From an uncultured Gammaproteobacteria bacterium (GTDB taxonomy: Bacteria > Patescibacteriota > Microgenomatia > JAMCZE01): a DNA stretch of 64,000 nucleotides. Below are positions 29,779 through 37,539 of this stretch, piece by piece. The position numbers and the translations under genes are program-made. The stretch covers positions 19,260 through 83,259 of the forward strand of contig CAZSSJ010000002.1 in NCBI GenBank assembly GCA_964609775.1, written 5' to 3'. The stretch's first letter is position 1. Each line of letters begins with the position of its first letter. Below the pieces are notes generated by a model that was not told where the DNA came from, made no database searches, and saw only the letters and a program-made list of their open reading frames with translations.

Positions 29779-31252
29779 CCTTCTTGTTTTTGGGGGATTA
29801 ATTCTTGCCTACTTTCTCACCCGGCTTCCCCGCTTGGATCTCATCCCAATCTTCACTGACGAGGCCATCTATCTTCGCTGGAGTCAGATCATGGCCTATG
29901 ATGCCTCGCTGCGCTATCTGCCTCTGGTCGACGGTAAACCACCACTTTTTATGTGGGCTACCTCTATTGTTCTTAAACTGTTTCCGAGTCTTGACCCACT
30001 GCTTTCTCTCAGATTAACTTCGGTCGGGGGTGGCCTCTTTTCCATGGCCGGGATAATTTTTACCTCGTATGTGTTTTTTCGCAATAAACGCATTTCTTTG
30101 CTGGCGGCCTTGCTCTATCTTGTCGTCCCCTTCACATTTTTTTATGACCGCTTTGGTTTGGCCGATAGCCTTTTGGCCGCCTTTGGAGTCTGGAGTCTTG
30201 GGTTGGGGGCTTTGCTTGTCCAGTCGATCCGCCTTGACGTGGCACTGATACTTGGGACGGCGATTGGCTTAGGACTTTTGACGAAAACCCCGGCGCTATT
30301 TTTCCTCGTCACTTTGCCGTTGCAACTCCTCCTCTTTAATTTCAAAACCAGTGGATGGAAGATTCGACTTGTGAAGTTATTTCTCCTGTTTTTATTGGTC
30401 GTAATAATTTCCCAAGCCATCTTTTCGATCCTTCGGCTTTTCCCCTTGTTTCATATGATTTCTCAAAAAAACTTGGAATTTATCGTTACTCCGGCAGAAT
30501 TTCTCGCCCGGCCCTTCGAATTCTTTTTTAACAATCTCAAAACATTGCTCACCTGGGAAGTTGGCTACCTCACTGCCCCTGTCGCTTTGACCATCGCTTT
30601 TGCCTTTCTTAGAGGCCAGGCCGTTAAGCAAAATCTCATTCTGGCAGCCATCTTTCTCATCCATCTGCTTTATATGTCCACCTTTAACAAATCAATTTTT
30701 CCCCGTTTCTTGCTCACTTTCACTCCGGGCTTGTTGGTTTTGGCGGCCGTCGGGCTTGACCAAATGTCAACTCGTCTTCGTCCGTCATTACTCGTCTTGG
30801 TCTTTGTCCTCGTCCTGGCGCTCCCAGTTTATACCGATTTCAAACTTCTAACCGATCCTCCGACTGCTCCAATTCCCGATGGCGATTCCAAGCAGTACAT
30901 CAACGCCTGGCCGGCCGGCTATGGAGTCAAGGAAATTCGCCAGTTTTTGGCCCGGGAAAGTAGCCAATATCCAAAAGTGACTATCGGCACCGAAGGCACC
31001 TTCGGGCTTATGCCCTATGCCCTGCAGCTCTATCAAAAAGACTACCCTAATGTCGAAATCAAAGACTATTGGCCCTTGGGAGAGACAGTGCCGGCAGCAT
31101 TATTGGAAGCCTCGGCCAACCACCCCACCTACTTCATTATCTACCAGCGGCCAGATGTGCCCCCGAACTGGAAGCTGCGTTTGGTCGCCTCCTTCCAGCA
31201 AGGACGAAGTAATGACTATCTCCGACTCTATCAGATTTTACCCGAAGATTGA
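29747..31252 (+). CDS. GT39/GT83-like (ArnT-type) membrane glycosyltransferase, divergent
   Basis: LTRLPRLDLIPIFTDEAIYLRWSQIMAYDASLRYLPLVDGKPPLFMW: a DE motif loop followed by TM helices, then a C-terminal soluble domain. Confidence 0.5.
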   Translation: MRKLFDDHKTDLLVFGGLILAYFLTRLPRLDLIPIFTDEAIYLRWSQIMAYDASLRYLPLVDGKPPLFMWATSIVLKLFPSLDPLLSLRLTSVGGGLFSMAGIIFTSYVFFRNKRISLLAALLYLVVPFTFFYDRFGLADSLLAAFGVWSLGLGALLVQSIRLDVALILGTAIGLGLLTKTPALFFLVTLPLQLLLFNFKTSGWKIRLVKLFLLFLLVVIISQAIFSILRLFPLFHMISQKNLEFIVTPAEFLARPFEFFFNNLKTLLTWEVGYLTAPVALTIAFAFLRGQAVKQNLILAAIFLIHLLYMSTFNKSIFPRFLLTFTPGLLVLAAVGLDQMSTRLRPSLLVLVFVLVLALPVYTDFKLLTDPPTAPIPDGDSKQYINAWPAGYGVKEIRQFLARESSQYPKVTIGTEGTFGLMPYALQLYQKDYPNVEIKDYWPLGETVPAALLEASANHPTYFIIYQRPDVPPNWKLRLVASFQQGRSNDYLRLYQILPED

Positions 31253-32910
31253 AAGTTATGACCCGCAAGATCTGGATCATCCTCCTGAGCATTGTCCTTC
31301 TGGGTGCTTTCCTTCGTTTTTACCTGCTTGGCAAAATCCCTGCCAGTCTTGACTGGGATGAAGCCTCCATCGGCGACAATGCCTATTCACTTTTAAAAAC
31401 CAGCAGCGATGAATACGGTAACCGCTTCCCGCTCTCCATTCGCTCTTTCAACGACTACAAGCCCCCCCTCTATGTCTATGCCACTATTCCCAGCATTGCC
31501 CTTTTTGGCAAGAATGAATTTGCCATCCGTTTCCCTTCCGCTTTCGTCGGTACCCTTTCAATTTTAGCAACTTTTCTGCTGATTCAACAACTTCTCAACT
31601 TCCGAAGGGAGAAAAATTCATTGCATTATTGCATTATTGCATTATTGATTTCTTTCCTCTTGGCCGTCTCTCCCTGGCACATCCAGTTTAGCCGGCTCGC
31701 CTTTGAAGCCAATCTCGCCCTCTTTTTTAGTCTCTGCGGGTGGCTGTTCCTCACTAAATTCATCTCCCAGGGGAGATGGTGGCCCATTATTCCATCGACA
31801 CTAAGCTACGTGCTTGCCCTCTATAGTTATCACAGCGCCCGCCTGGTAGTTCCTCTTTTTCTTTTAGGAATCGGATTCTACTATCACCGAATATTATTTG
31901 CCCGGATTAAAACGGTCCTTGTTGGCCTGGGTCTTGCTATAGTCCTCCTCCTGCCTTTAGCCCTGTCCACACTTCAGACGACAAGCCTGCAAGCCCGCTG
32001 GGGCGAGGTGAGCATTTTTTCTTCAGCGGGACTGCGCGATACCGTCAAAGTCACCCTCGACGCCCAGCAAGAATATTGGCGGCAAGACAAGCTCCAGGGC
32101 GATCGCCTGGCCCGGCTGATCCACACTAAATTTATCTCCTACAGCCGACTGCTGGCCAAAAACTACCTCGACCACTTCAATTTCAGTTTTCTTTTCCTTG
32201 AAGCCGATGGCAACGGTCGGCACCACGCTCCGGGGATGGGCCTTCTCTATCTTGTTGAGGCGCCGTTCCTCCTCTATGGAGGCTATCTGCTTCTTAGGAG
32301 GCGCCCGACCTACTCATTTTTTCTTGTGTGGGCTTTTCTCGTCGCCCCCTCGGCTGCCAGCCTGACTGCTGATACCCCCCACGCCGTCCGCTCCCTATCC
32401 TTCCTCCCCAGCTTTCAAATCATCACCGCCTTCGGCCTTTACAGTCTGTTGTCAAAAGTCAAAACTCTTTTCCGAGGGCCACTGCTACTTTTGATCAGTC
32501 TTCTTTTCCTGGCTAATTTTTACTACTTTTTCCACCAATATTTTGTCCATTTCGGAATCGAGCACGCTTCTTCTTTTCAATACGGCTACAAGGAGATGGT
32601 CGCCAAAGTCCGCGCCCTAAGTGGAGAATTTGACCAGATCTATGTCACTGTGAAATATGACCAACCCTACATCTATTTTCTTTTCTATGGCCACTCCGAT
32701 CCCAGAATAAAAAATGACGGGACCTTCCAACTAAGCTTTGATAAATACCGTTTTGTCAATTGGGGAGAACTGACAAACGAGCAAAAATCTAATTTGAGCC
32801 CGAAAATCTTGGCCGTCCACGCCCCCGATGACTTTTTTAGCCCCCATGTCATTCTTGACAAGATCTATTACCCGGACGGGAAAGTTGTTTTCGTCCTCAG
32901 CCACATGTGA
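31249..32910 (+). CDS. GT39/PMT_2-family glycosyltransferase, paralogue
   Basis: LRFYLLGKIPASLDWDEASIGDNAYSLLKTSSDEYGNRFPLSIRSFNDYKPPLYVYA…FAIRFPSAFVG; C-terminus FQYGYKEMVAKV…DQPYIYFLFYGHSDP. Confidence 0.65.
   Translation: MKVMTRKIWIILLSIVLLGAFLRFYLLGKIPASLDWDEASIGDNAYSLLKTSSDEYGNRFPLSIRSFNDYKPPLYVYATIPSIALFGKNEFAIRFPSAFVGTLSILATFLLIQQLLNFRREKNSLHYCIIALLISFLLAVSPWHIQFSRLAFEANLALFFSLCGWLFLTKFISQGRWWPIIPSTLSYVLALYSYHSARLVVPLFLLGIGFYYHRILFARIKTVLVGLGLAIVLLLPLALSTLQTTSLQARWGEVSIFSSAGLRDTVKVTLDAQQEYWRQDKLQGDRLARLIHTKFISYSRLLAKNYLDHFNFSFLFLEADGNGRHHAPGMGLLYLVEAPFLLYGGYLLLRRRPTYSFFLVWAFLVAPSAASLTADTPHAVRSLSFLPSFQIITAFGLYSLLSKVKTLFRGPLLLLISLLFLANFYYFFHQYFVHFGIEHASSFQYGYKEMVAKVRALSGEFDQIYVTVKYDQPYIYFLFYGHSDPRIKNDGTFQLSFDKYRFVNWGELTNEQKSNLSPKILAVHAPDDFFSPHVILDKIYYPDGKVVFVLSHM
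31620..31643. repeat. octanucleotide tandem repeat (ATTGCATT) x3 plus a degenerate fourth copy, in frame inside the CDS
   Basis: Read directly: aattc attgcatt attgcatt attgcatt attgattt; encodes …LHYCIIALLI…. Confidence 0.8.
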
Positions 32911-34478
32911 CTAGGAAAGTAGTTTTTTTCTTAATCATCGTTCTTGCCGCCCTGCTGCGCCTGGCCTATCTGGCAGGAGCCCCCCCGAGTCTCAATTGGG
33001 ACGAGGTCTCGGTCGGTTGGAACGCCTATTCTCTTTTAACAACCAGCCGTGACGAATATGGCCAGTCCTTTCCTCTCTCCATTCGCTCCTTCAACGACTA
33101 TAAACCTCCCCTCTACACCTACGCGACCGCTGCCGCCATGGCTCTTCTTGGCAAAACTGAGATTGCCGTCCGGTTGCCTTCCGCTCTGGCCGGCCTTTTA
33201 ACGGTGGTTTTAATTTTTTTCCTTGGTCGAGTGAGCGGGCTGGGTGGCAAAGCGAACTTCCGTTTTGCCTATCTCTCCGCTTTCCTTCTGTCCGTCTCCC
33301 CCTGGCACATCCAGCTTAGCCGTATTGCCTTTGAAGCCAGTCTGGCCCTCTTTTTTTTCCTCTTTGGACTGGCCTTGATACTTTTCTATTTCCGTCACCC
33401 CACCACAAAGCTGCTGGCCATCCTCAGCGCTACCGGTTTTGTTCTGTCAACTTACGCTCACCATAGTGTCAAGATATTTCTACCGTTGTTTACCCTCCTC
33501 TTTGCTGCGGCTTACCGTCAACAAATTACTAAAAACTGGCCCAAACTACTTCCTGCCCTTGTCATTGGCGCGATCCTTCTTCTACCTCTAGGAAGAAACA
33601 TGCTCTACACCTCTGGTCAAGCCACCCGGGCACTTACGGTGAGCATTTTCGCCCCGGAAAACCAATTTCATTTCCAGGGAAAATCAACGCTGCAAGTTTT
33701 GACGGAAAACTATCTGTCTCATCTTGATCCCGCCTTCTTGTTCTTTGGCCGGGGTGACAATCCCCGGCATCACGCCCCAGATACAGGTGTTGTCCTCCTC
33801 TGGACTGCCCCCTTTATCATTCTTGGTCTAATTTACCTCATCAGACACCGACCAAAATATCTCGCGCTGCTCCTAATTTGGTTTGTCCTATCGCCCGTCC
33901 CGGCGATTCTCTCCATCGACAATCCCCACGCCAGCCGCTCCTTTCTCAGCCTCCCCATCTACGTTTTTCTCACTGCGCTGGGAATACTGTTTCTTGCCAA
34001 GCGAAGAGCGCTTGCCGCTTTGGGCATAGGGTTGCTGTTGGTGTTTAATCTGCTCTATTTCTTCCATCAATACTTTAGCGATCTGTCGATAAGAGATGCC
34101 CCGGCTTGGCAGTATGGTTATAAACAGCTTGTCGAACGCCTCGACTCTGTCTCTTCTAGTCGCTACCGGAAAATTTATGTCTCCACTGCCTATGACCAAC
34201 CCTACATTTATTTTCTTTTCTATGGCCACTCCGACCCATGGATAAAAAATGACGGCAGTTTTTCCCAAGCGTTGGGAAAAATCTCTTTTGTCAACTTTAA
34301 AAATTGGAGGCAATCCGATTGGGACGCCCTTGACGCTGACGATCTATTAGTTCTAACTTCAACTGATCCCCAAGATGGCTTAACAATCATTGAGGAGATA
34401 AACTATCCCGATAGTCAGGTTGCTTTTCGAATTACTCAACCAATCTCACGCCATGGCGTAATTTTGATTACACCCTAG
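32907..34478 (+). CDS. GT39/PMT_2-family glycosyltransferase, paralogue
   Basis: LRLAYLAGAPPSLNWDEVSVGWNAYSLLTTSRDEYGQSFPLSIRSFNDYKPPLYTYA…; C-terminus WQYGYKQLVERL…DQPYIYFLFYGHSDP, closely related to the preceding gene. Confidence 0.65.
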   Translation: MTRKVVFFLIIVLAALLRLAYLAGAPPSLNWDEVSVGWNAYSLLTTSRDEYGQSFPLSIRSFNDYKPPLYTYATAAAMALLGKTEIAVRLPSALAGLLTVVLIFFLGRVSGLGGKANFRFAYLSAFLLSVSPWHIQLSRIAFEASLALFFFLFGLALILFYFRHPTTKLLAILSATGFVLSTYAHHSVKIFLPLFTLLFAAAYRQQITKNWPKLLPALVIGAILLLPLGRNMLYTSGQATRALTVSIFAPENQFHFQGKSTLQVLTENYLSHLDPAFLFFGRGDNPRHHAPDTGVVLLWTAPFIILGLIYLIRHRPKYLALLLIWFVLSPVPAILSIDNPHASRSFLSLPIYVFLTALGILFLAKRRALAALGIGLLLVFNLLYFFHQYFSDLSIRDAPAWQYGYKQLVERLDSVSSSRYRKIYVSTAYDQPYIYFLFYGHSDPWIKNDGSFSQALGKISFVNFKNWRQSDWDALDADDLLVLTSTDPQDGLTIIEEINYPDSQVAFRITQPISRHGVILITP

Positions 34479-35122
34479 ACACCGAAGTATTTTCGAAACT
34501 GTTCATCATTTTCAATCCTTTCAGCCAGAATTAATCGGACCTCGCCATTAATTCCCAGGAAACTTCGGAGAAACTCGACTTGAGTCTCGCAAGGATAGGC
34601 ATGAATATAGACACTTTCCTGAAGTGGATAAAAGCCTGCGCTCCGAAGAATCCGTTGAAATCTGTCTCTGATTGACTTTTTGCTACTTTTTATATCGTAG
34701 AAAACGAGCCACCATTTATGATCCCATTTTGACGGTGGATCAATTTTCACCGATTCGATCGCAAACTGAAGAACTTTTGTTTTCCCCTTTTCCGTGATTT
34801 TGACAGTTTGGTAGTCTCCCATACCCTCGGTCTCAATTATTTTTTCCCTTTGTAAACGTCTAATTGTGTTTTGTAAATAGCGGCGGTTAAACAATTTCCA
34901 GTCATCCCAATCAGACCTATCTGGTTGAAAGAAAGTGAGCAGGCGAGTGCTTCGGGGTGAGGCGATGGCTAAAGCCAGACTAGAACCCGCTGCTAGAAGC
35001 AAGAGCACTTTTTTAATTTTTTCGTTACGCTCTCGGGCTTTGCTAGTGACCAGTTGTTTTAAGAGAAAATCACTCAGCTCTTTAGGTAGATCATGGGGAA
35101 GTGTCTCAGAACGGTTATCCAT
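34475..35122 (-). CDS. PaaX-like transcriptional regulator: N-terminal winged helix plus a PaaX_C / Cas2-like C-terminal domain
   Basis: C-terminus KWDHKWWLVFYDIKSSKKSIRDRFQRILRSAGFYPLQESVYIHAYP matches the PaaX_C pattern (W-G-W-h-V-YD…R…L…GF…Q-SV-i-P), which is also Cas2-like; the N-terminus …YLQNTIRRLQREKIIETEGMGDYQTVKITEKGK is wHTH-like. No Cas1 or repeats are nearby. Confidence 0.5.
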   Translation of the reverse strand: MDNRSETLPHDLPKELSDFLLKQLVTSKARERNEKIKKVLLLLAAGSSLALAIASPRSTRLLTFFQPDRSDWDDWKLFNRRYLQNTIRRLQREKIIETEGMGDYQTVKITEKGKTKVLQFAIESVKIDPPSKWDHKWWLVFYDIKSSKKSIRDRFQRILRSAGFYPLQESVYIHAYPCETQVEFLRSFLGINGEVRLILAERIENDEQFRKYFGV

Positions 35123-35325
35123 AAGATGAATATAGCACCAAACCTACGCCATGGCGTTTTAATGATGATAACCGATTTTGTTAAACAATTAAAAGTTTTT
35201 AATCAAATCGGGGGAATTGAATTATTAAACTTCATGAATGCCTTTATGAATGTCATTTCCAAGCAGGTGAAATTCCAGAGCGTTCTGGAGAATTTTGACC
35301 AGATACTGTGTTAGAATCTTAATAT
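35123..35325. promoter_or_regulatory. AT-rich divergent intergenic region with a candidate TG-extended -10 (TGTTAGAAT, 35309..35317) just upstream of the GT2 start; the regulator's promoter probably lies on the other strand
   Basis: This 203-bp stretch is the only sizeable non-coding region in the centre of the island; TGnTAGAAT was read directly; no convincing -35 at 17-bp spacing. Confidence 0.3.
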
Positions 35326-36075
35326 ATGTCTAGCAAAAAGCCTAAAGTAATTGTCGTCATGCCGGCATACCACGCCGAAAAAACAATTGAAAAAACCTTT
35401 GCCGAAGTGCCGAAAGGTTTGGTCAATGAGATCATCCTTGTTGACGATGCCGGCGGCGACAAAACCATCGCTATTGCCAAAAAACTGGGAATCACTGTCT
35501 ATCAGCACTCTCACAATTTAGGTTATGGCGGCAACCAGAAAACTTGCTATTGGGAAGCCCTCAAAAGAAATCCCGACGTGGTCGTCATGCTCCATCCCGA
35601 CTATCAATATAATGGCAGCAAGATTAAAGGTCTGGTCGATCCAATTTTAAACGGTGACTATGACATGATGTTCGGCAGCCGAATCAAAAGTCGGGGCATG
35701 GCCCTGACCGGGGGAATGCCCAAGTCAAAATATTTTTCCAACCGCCTCTTCACCCTGTTTGCTAATATTCTCCTTGGCGAGAATCTCTCCGAGTACCTAA
35801 GCGGGCTTCGAGCCTACAGTCGGAAGTGCTTGGAAAGTGTGCCCTACCAAAGATTTTCTGACGACTTTGCTTTTGATCAACAGTTCACCGTTTCCGCCAT
35901 TGCCAAAAATCTTCGTATTGGCGAAATTCCCATCCCGACACGCTATCATGTCGAGCAACACACCCTTCCTTTAATTAGTTTTCGAGGAGTCAAATTTGTT
36001 GTCGAAAGTTACTGGATCATCTTTCTCTATCTTCTCCGAAAAGCAAATGTGTATAAAAGCAAAATTTTCGACTGA
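35326..36075 (+). CDS. GT2, polyprenyl-phosphate mannose/glucose synthase-like (DPM1/Ppm1 type)
   Basis: KVIVVMPAYHAEKTIEKTF…EIILVDDAGGDKTIAIAKKLG…MLHPDYQYNGSKIKGLVDPIL. Confidence 0.7.
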   Translation: MSSKKPKVIVVMPAYHAEKTIEKTFAEVPKGLVNEIILVDDAGGDKTIAIAKKLGITVYQHSHNLGYGGNQKTCYWEALKRNPDVVVMLHPDYQYNGSKIKGLVDPILNGDYDMMFGSRIKSRGMALTGGMPKSKYFSNRLFTLFANILLGENLSEYLSGLRAYSRKCLESVPYQRFSDDFAFDQQFTVSAIAKNLRIGEIPIPTRYHVEQHTLPLISFRGVKFVVESYWIIFLYLLRKANVYKSKIFD

Positions 36076-36081
36076 TCGTTT

Positions 36082-37539
36082 ATGTGGACGAAATTTTCCT
36101 CAGCAGCCTTGTTAATTTTGCTCATCTCCACCTCTCTTCATTTTTACGGCCGATCCTTCACCAACTTTTTCTTCCAGGACGATTTTTTCAATATCACCCT
36201 GTCTCAAAGTCAAAGCATTATTCAATCTTTTAACATTTTTTCTAAGCCGATACTTGACTTCTATTTCTTCCGACCGCTGACGACCCAGCTTTTTTGGGGC
36301 GTGACTTTTCCCGTCTTCGGGTGGAATGTCGCTCCATATCACCTAATCGTATCAATATTTTTTGCCATAAACATATTTTTCATCTATTGGCTATCAACGC
36401 TCCTGACAGACAAAAAGCCCATCGCTCTCTTAACCACATTCCTGTACGCCTTCTCCGCCACGCATTTCCATCGTCTGTTTTTTCTGTCACAGTTCCAAGA
36501 GATCGGCCTGACTACTTTTGTTCTACTGACAATAATATCCTATATTAAAAACAGCAAGCTTTCTTTAGTCTTTTTCATTCTCGCTTTGACAAGCAAGGAA
36601 ACTGCCGTTGTCACTCCAATCTTCCTCCTCGTCTTCAGTGTCCTATCAAGTCGCAAACAATACCGGCTTCTAGCACTGCATTTTCTAATCCTGGGAGTCT
36701 ACTTATTTCTTCGTTTCACCTTTTTTGGTTTTGCCTCTGGGGGCCCGTACACCTACGATTTTAATCCACTCCACGTCATCAATAACTATGTTTGGTACGG
36801 CCTTTGGGCCTTGGGCATCCCGGAGTCTTTCGTCAATTTGAAACTGTTTTTTGTCAACAGATATGATGATCTGGGACAGTGGCAATCGTTCTCGTTTATT
36901 AATCCCGATATATTCACTGCTTTTGGAATCTGGGGCGGGCCAATTATTCTTGTCTTCGCACTTTTGTTGTTAACTCTAATTCTAGCCCTAAACAAAAAAA
37001 ACTGGACCCATTTCTTCCGTCGAGAAAGCATTTTCGCCTCCATGATATTTATCATCTTCCTTTTGCCAGTTGCCTTCTTTCCTTTCCATAAATTTGCCTA
37101 CAGCTTAACACTTCCGGCCATAGGCCTGTCTCTGTTTCTGGCCAACCTACTTATCAATTTTTCTCTGCGTTTCCAAATCTTGTCCCTTGTCTTCTTCATT
37201 GCCCTCTCCTTTTTTACGACTCAATACAATGTTTCCGAGCACTGGGCAGTCAAGAAGGCGATAGTAGCCAAATTGGCTTGGGAATATTTCCGTCAAAACC
37301 ACCCGGAAAACATCACTGCGGACAACATTTATTTTCGAAATACTGACGCGCCCTATTGCTCGATTCTGAAAAATAAATTTAAACCCTCGCAGGAAGTGGC
37401 CTATGGTCTCGGCGGAGCCGATAGCCTCAGGCTTCTCTACAACAACCCAGAGTTGAAAGTTTATTTTGAAGACTTTGACGACAATCATCATTTGATGGCC
37501 GATTCTTTGATGATCGATTCTCGGCAGTTTTTGCCATGA
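36082..37539 (+). CDS. polytopic membrane protein, GT-C-like (ArnT/PMT-like traits), family uncertain
   Basis: FFQDDFFNITLSQ… acidic first loop; about 12 TM helices; …LTSKETAVVTPIFLL; C-terminal soluble tail. Confidence 0.4.
   Translation: MWTKFSSAALLILLISTSLHFYGRSFTNFFFQDDFFNITLSQSQSIIQSFNIFSKPILDFYFFRPLTTQLFWGVTFPVFGWNVAPYHLIVSIFFAINIFFIYWLSTLLTDKKPIALLTTFLYAFSATHFHRLFFLSQFQEIGLTTFVLLTIISYIKNSKLSLVFFILALTSKETAVVTPIFLLVFSVLSSRKQYRLLALHFLILGVYLFLRFTFFGFASGGPYTYDFNPLHVINNYVWYGLWALGIPESFVNLKLFFVNRYDDLGQWQSFSFINPDIFTAFGIWGGPIILVFALLLLTLILALNKKNWTHFFRRESIFASMIFIIFLLPVAFFPFHKFAYSLTLPAIGLSLFLANLLINFSLRFQILSLVFFIALSFFTTQYNVSEHWAVKKAIVAKLAWEYFRQNHPENITADNIYFRNTDAPYCSILKNKFKPSQEVAYGLGGADSLRLLYNNPELKVYFEDFDDNHHLMADSLMIDSRQFLP

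Noticed and set aside
34475-35122. The Cas2-like signature (W-x-V-F-YD-I…R…L…G…Q-x-SV) suggested a CRISPR-Cas adaptation gene
   Set aside because: The window has no Cas1, no repeats and no spacer array. The N-terminal winged helix plus this C-terminal domain matches PaaX-family architecture, so I call it a regulator, not Cas2.
35295-35300. TTGACC as a -35 element for the GT2 promoter
   Set aside because: Spacing to the TAGAAT -10 is only 11 nt, outside the functional 16-18 range. I keep only the TG-extended -10 as a candidate.
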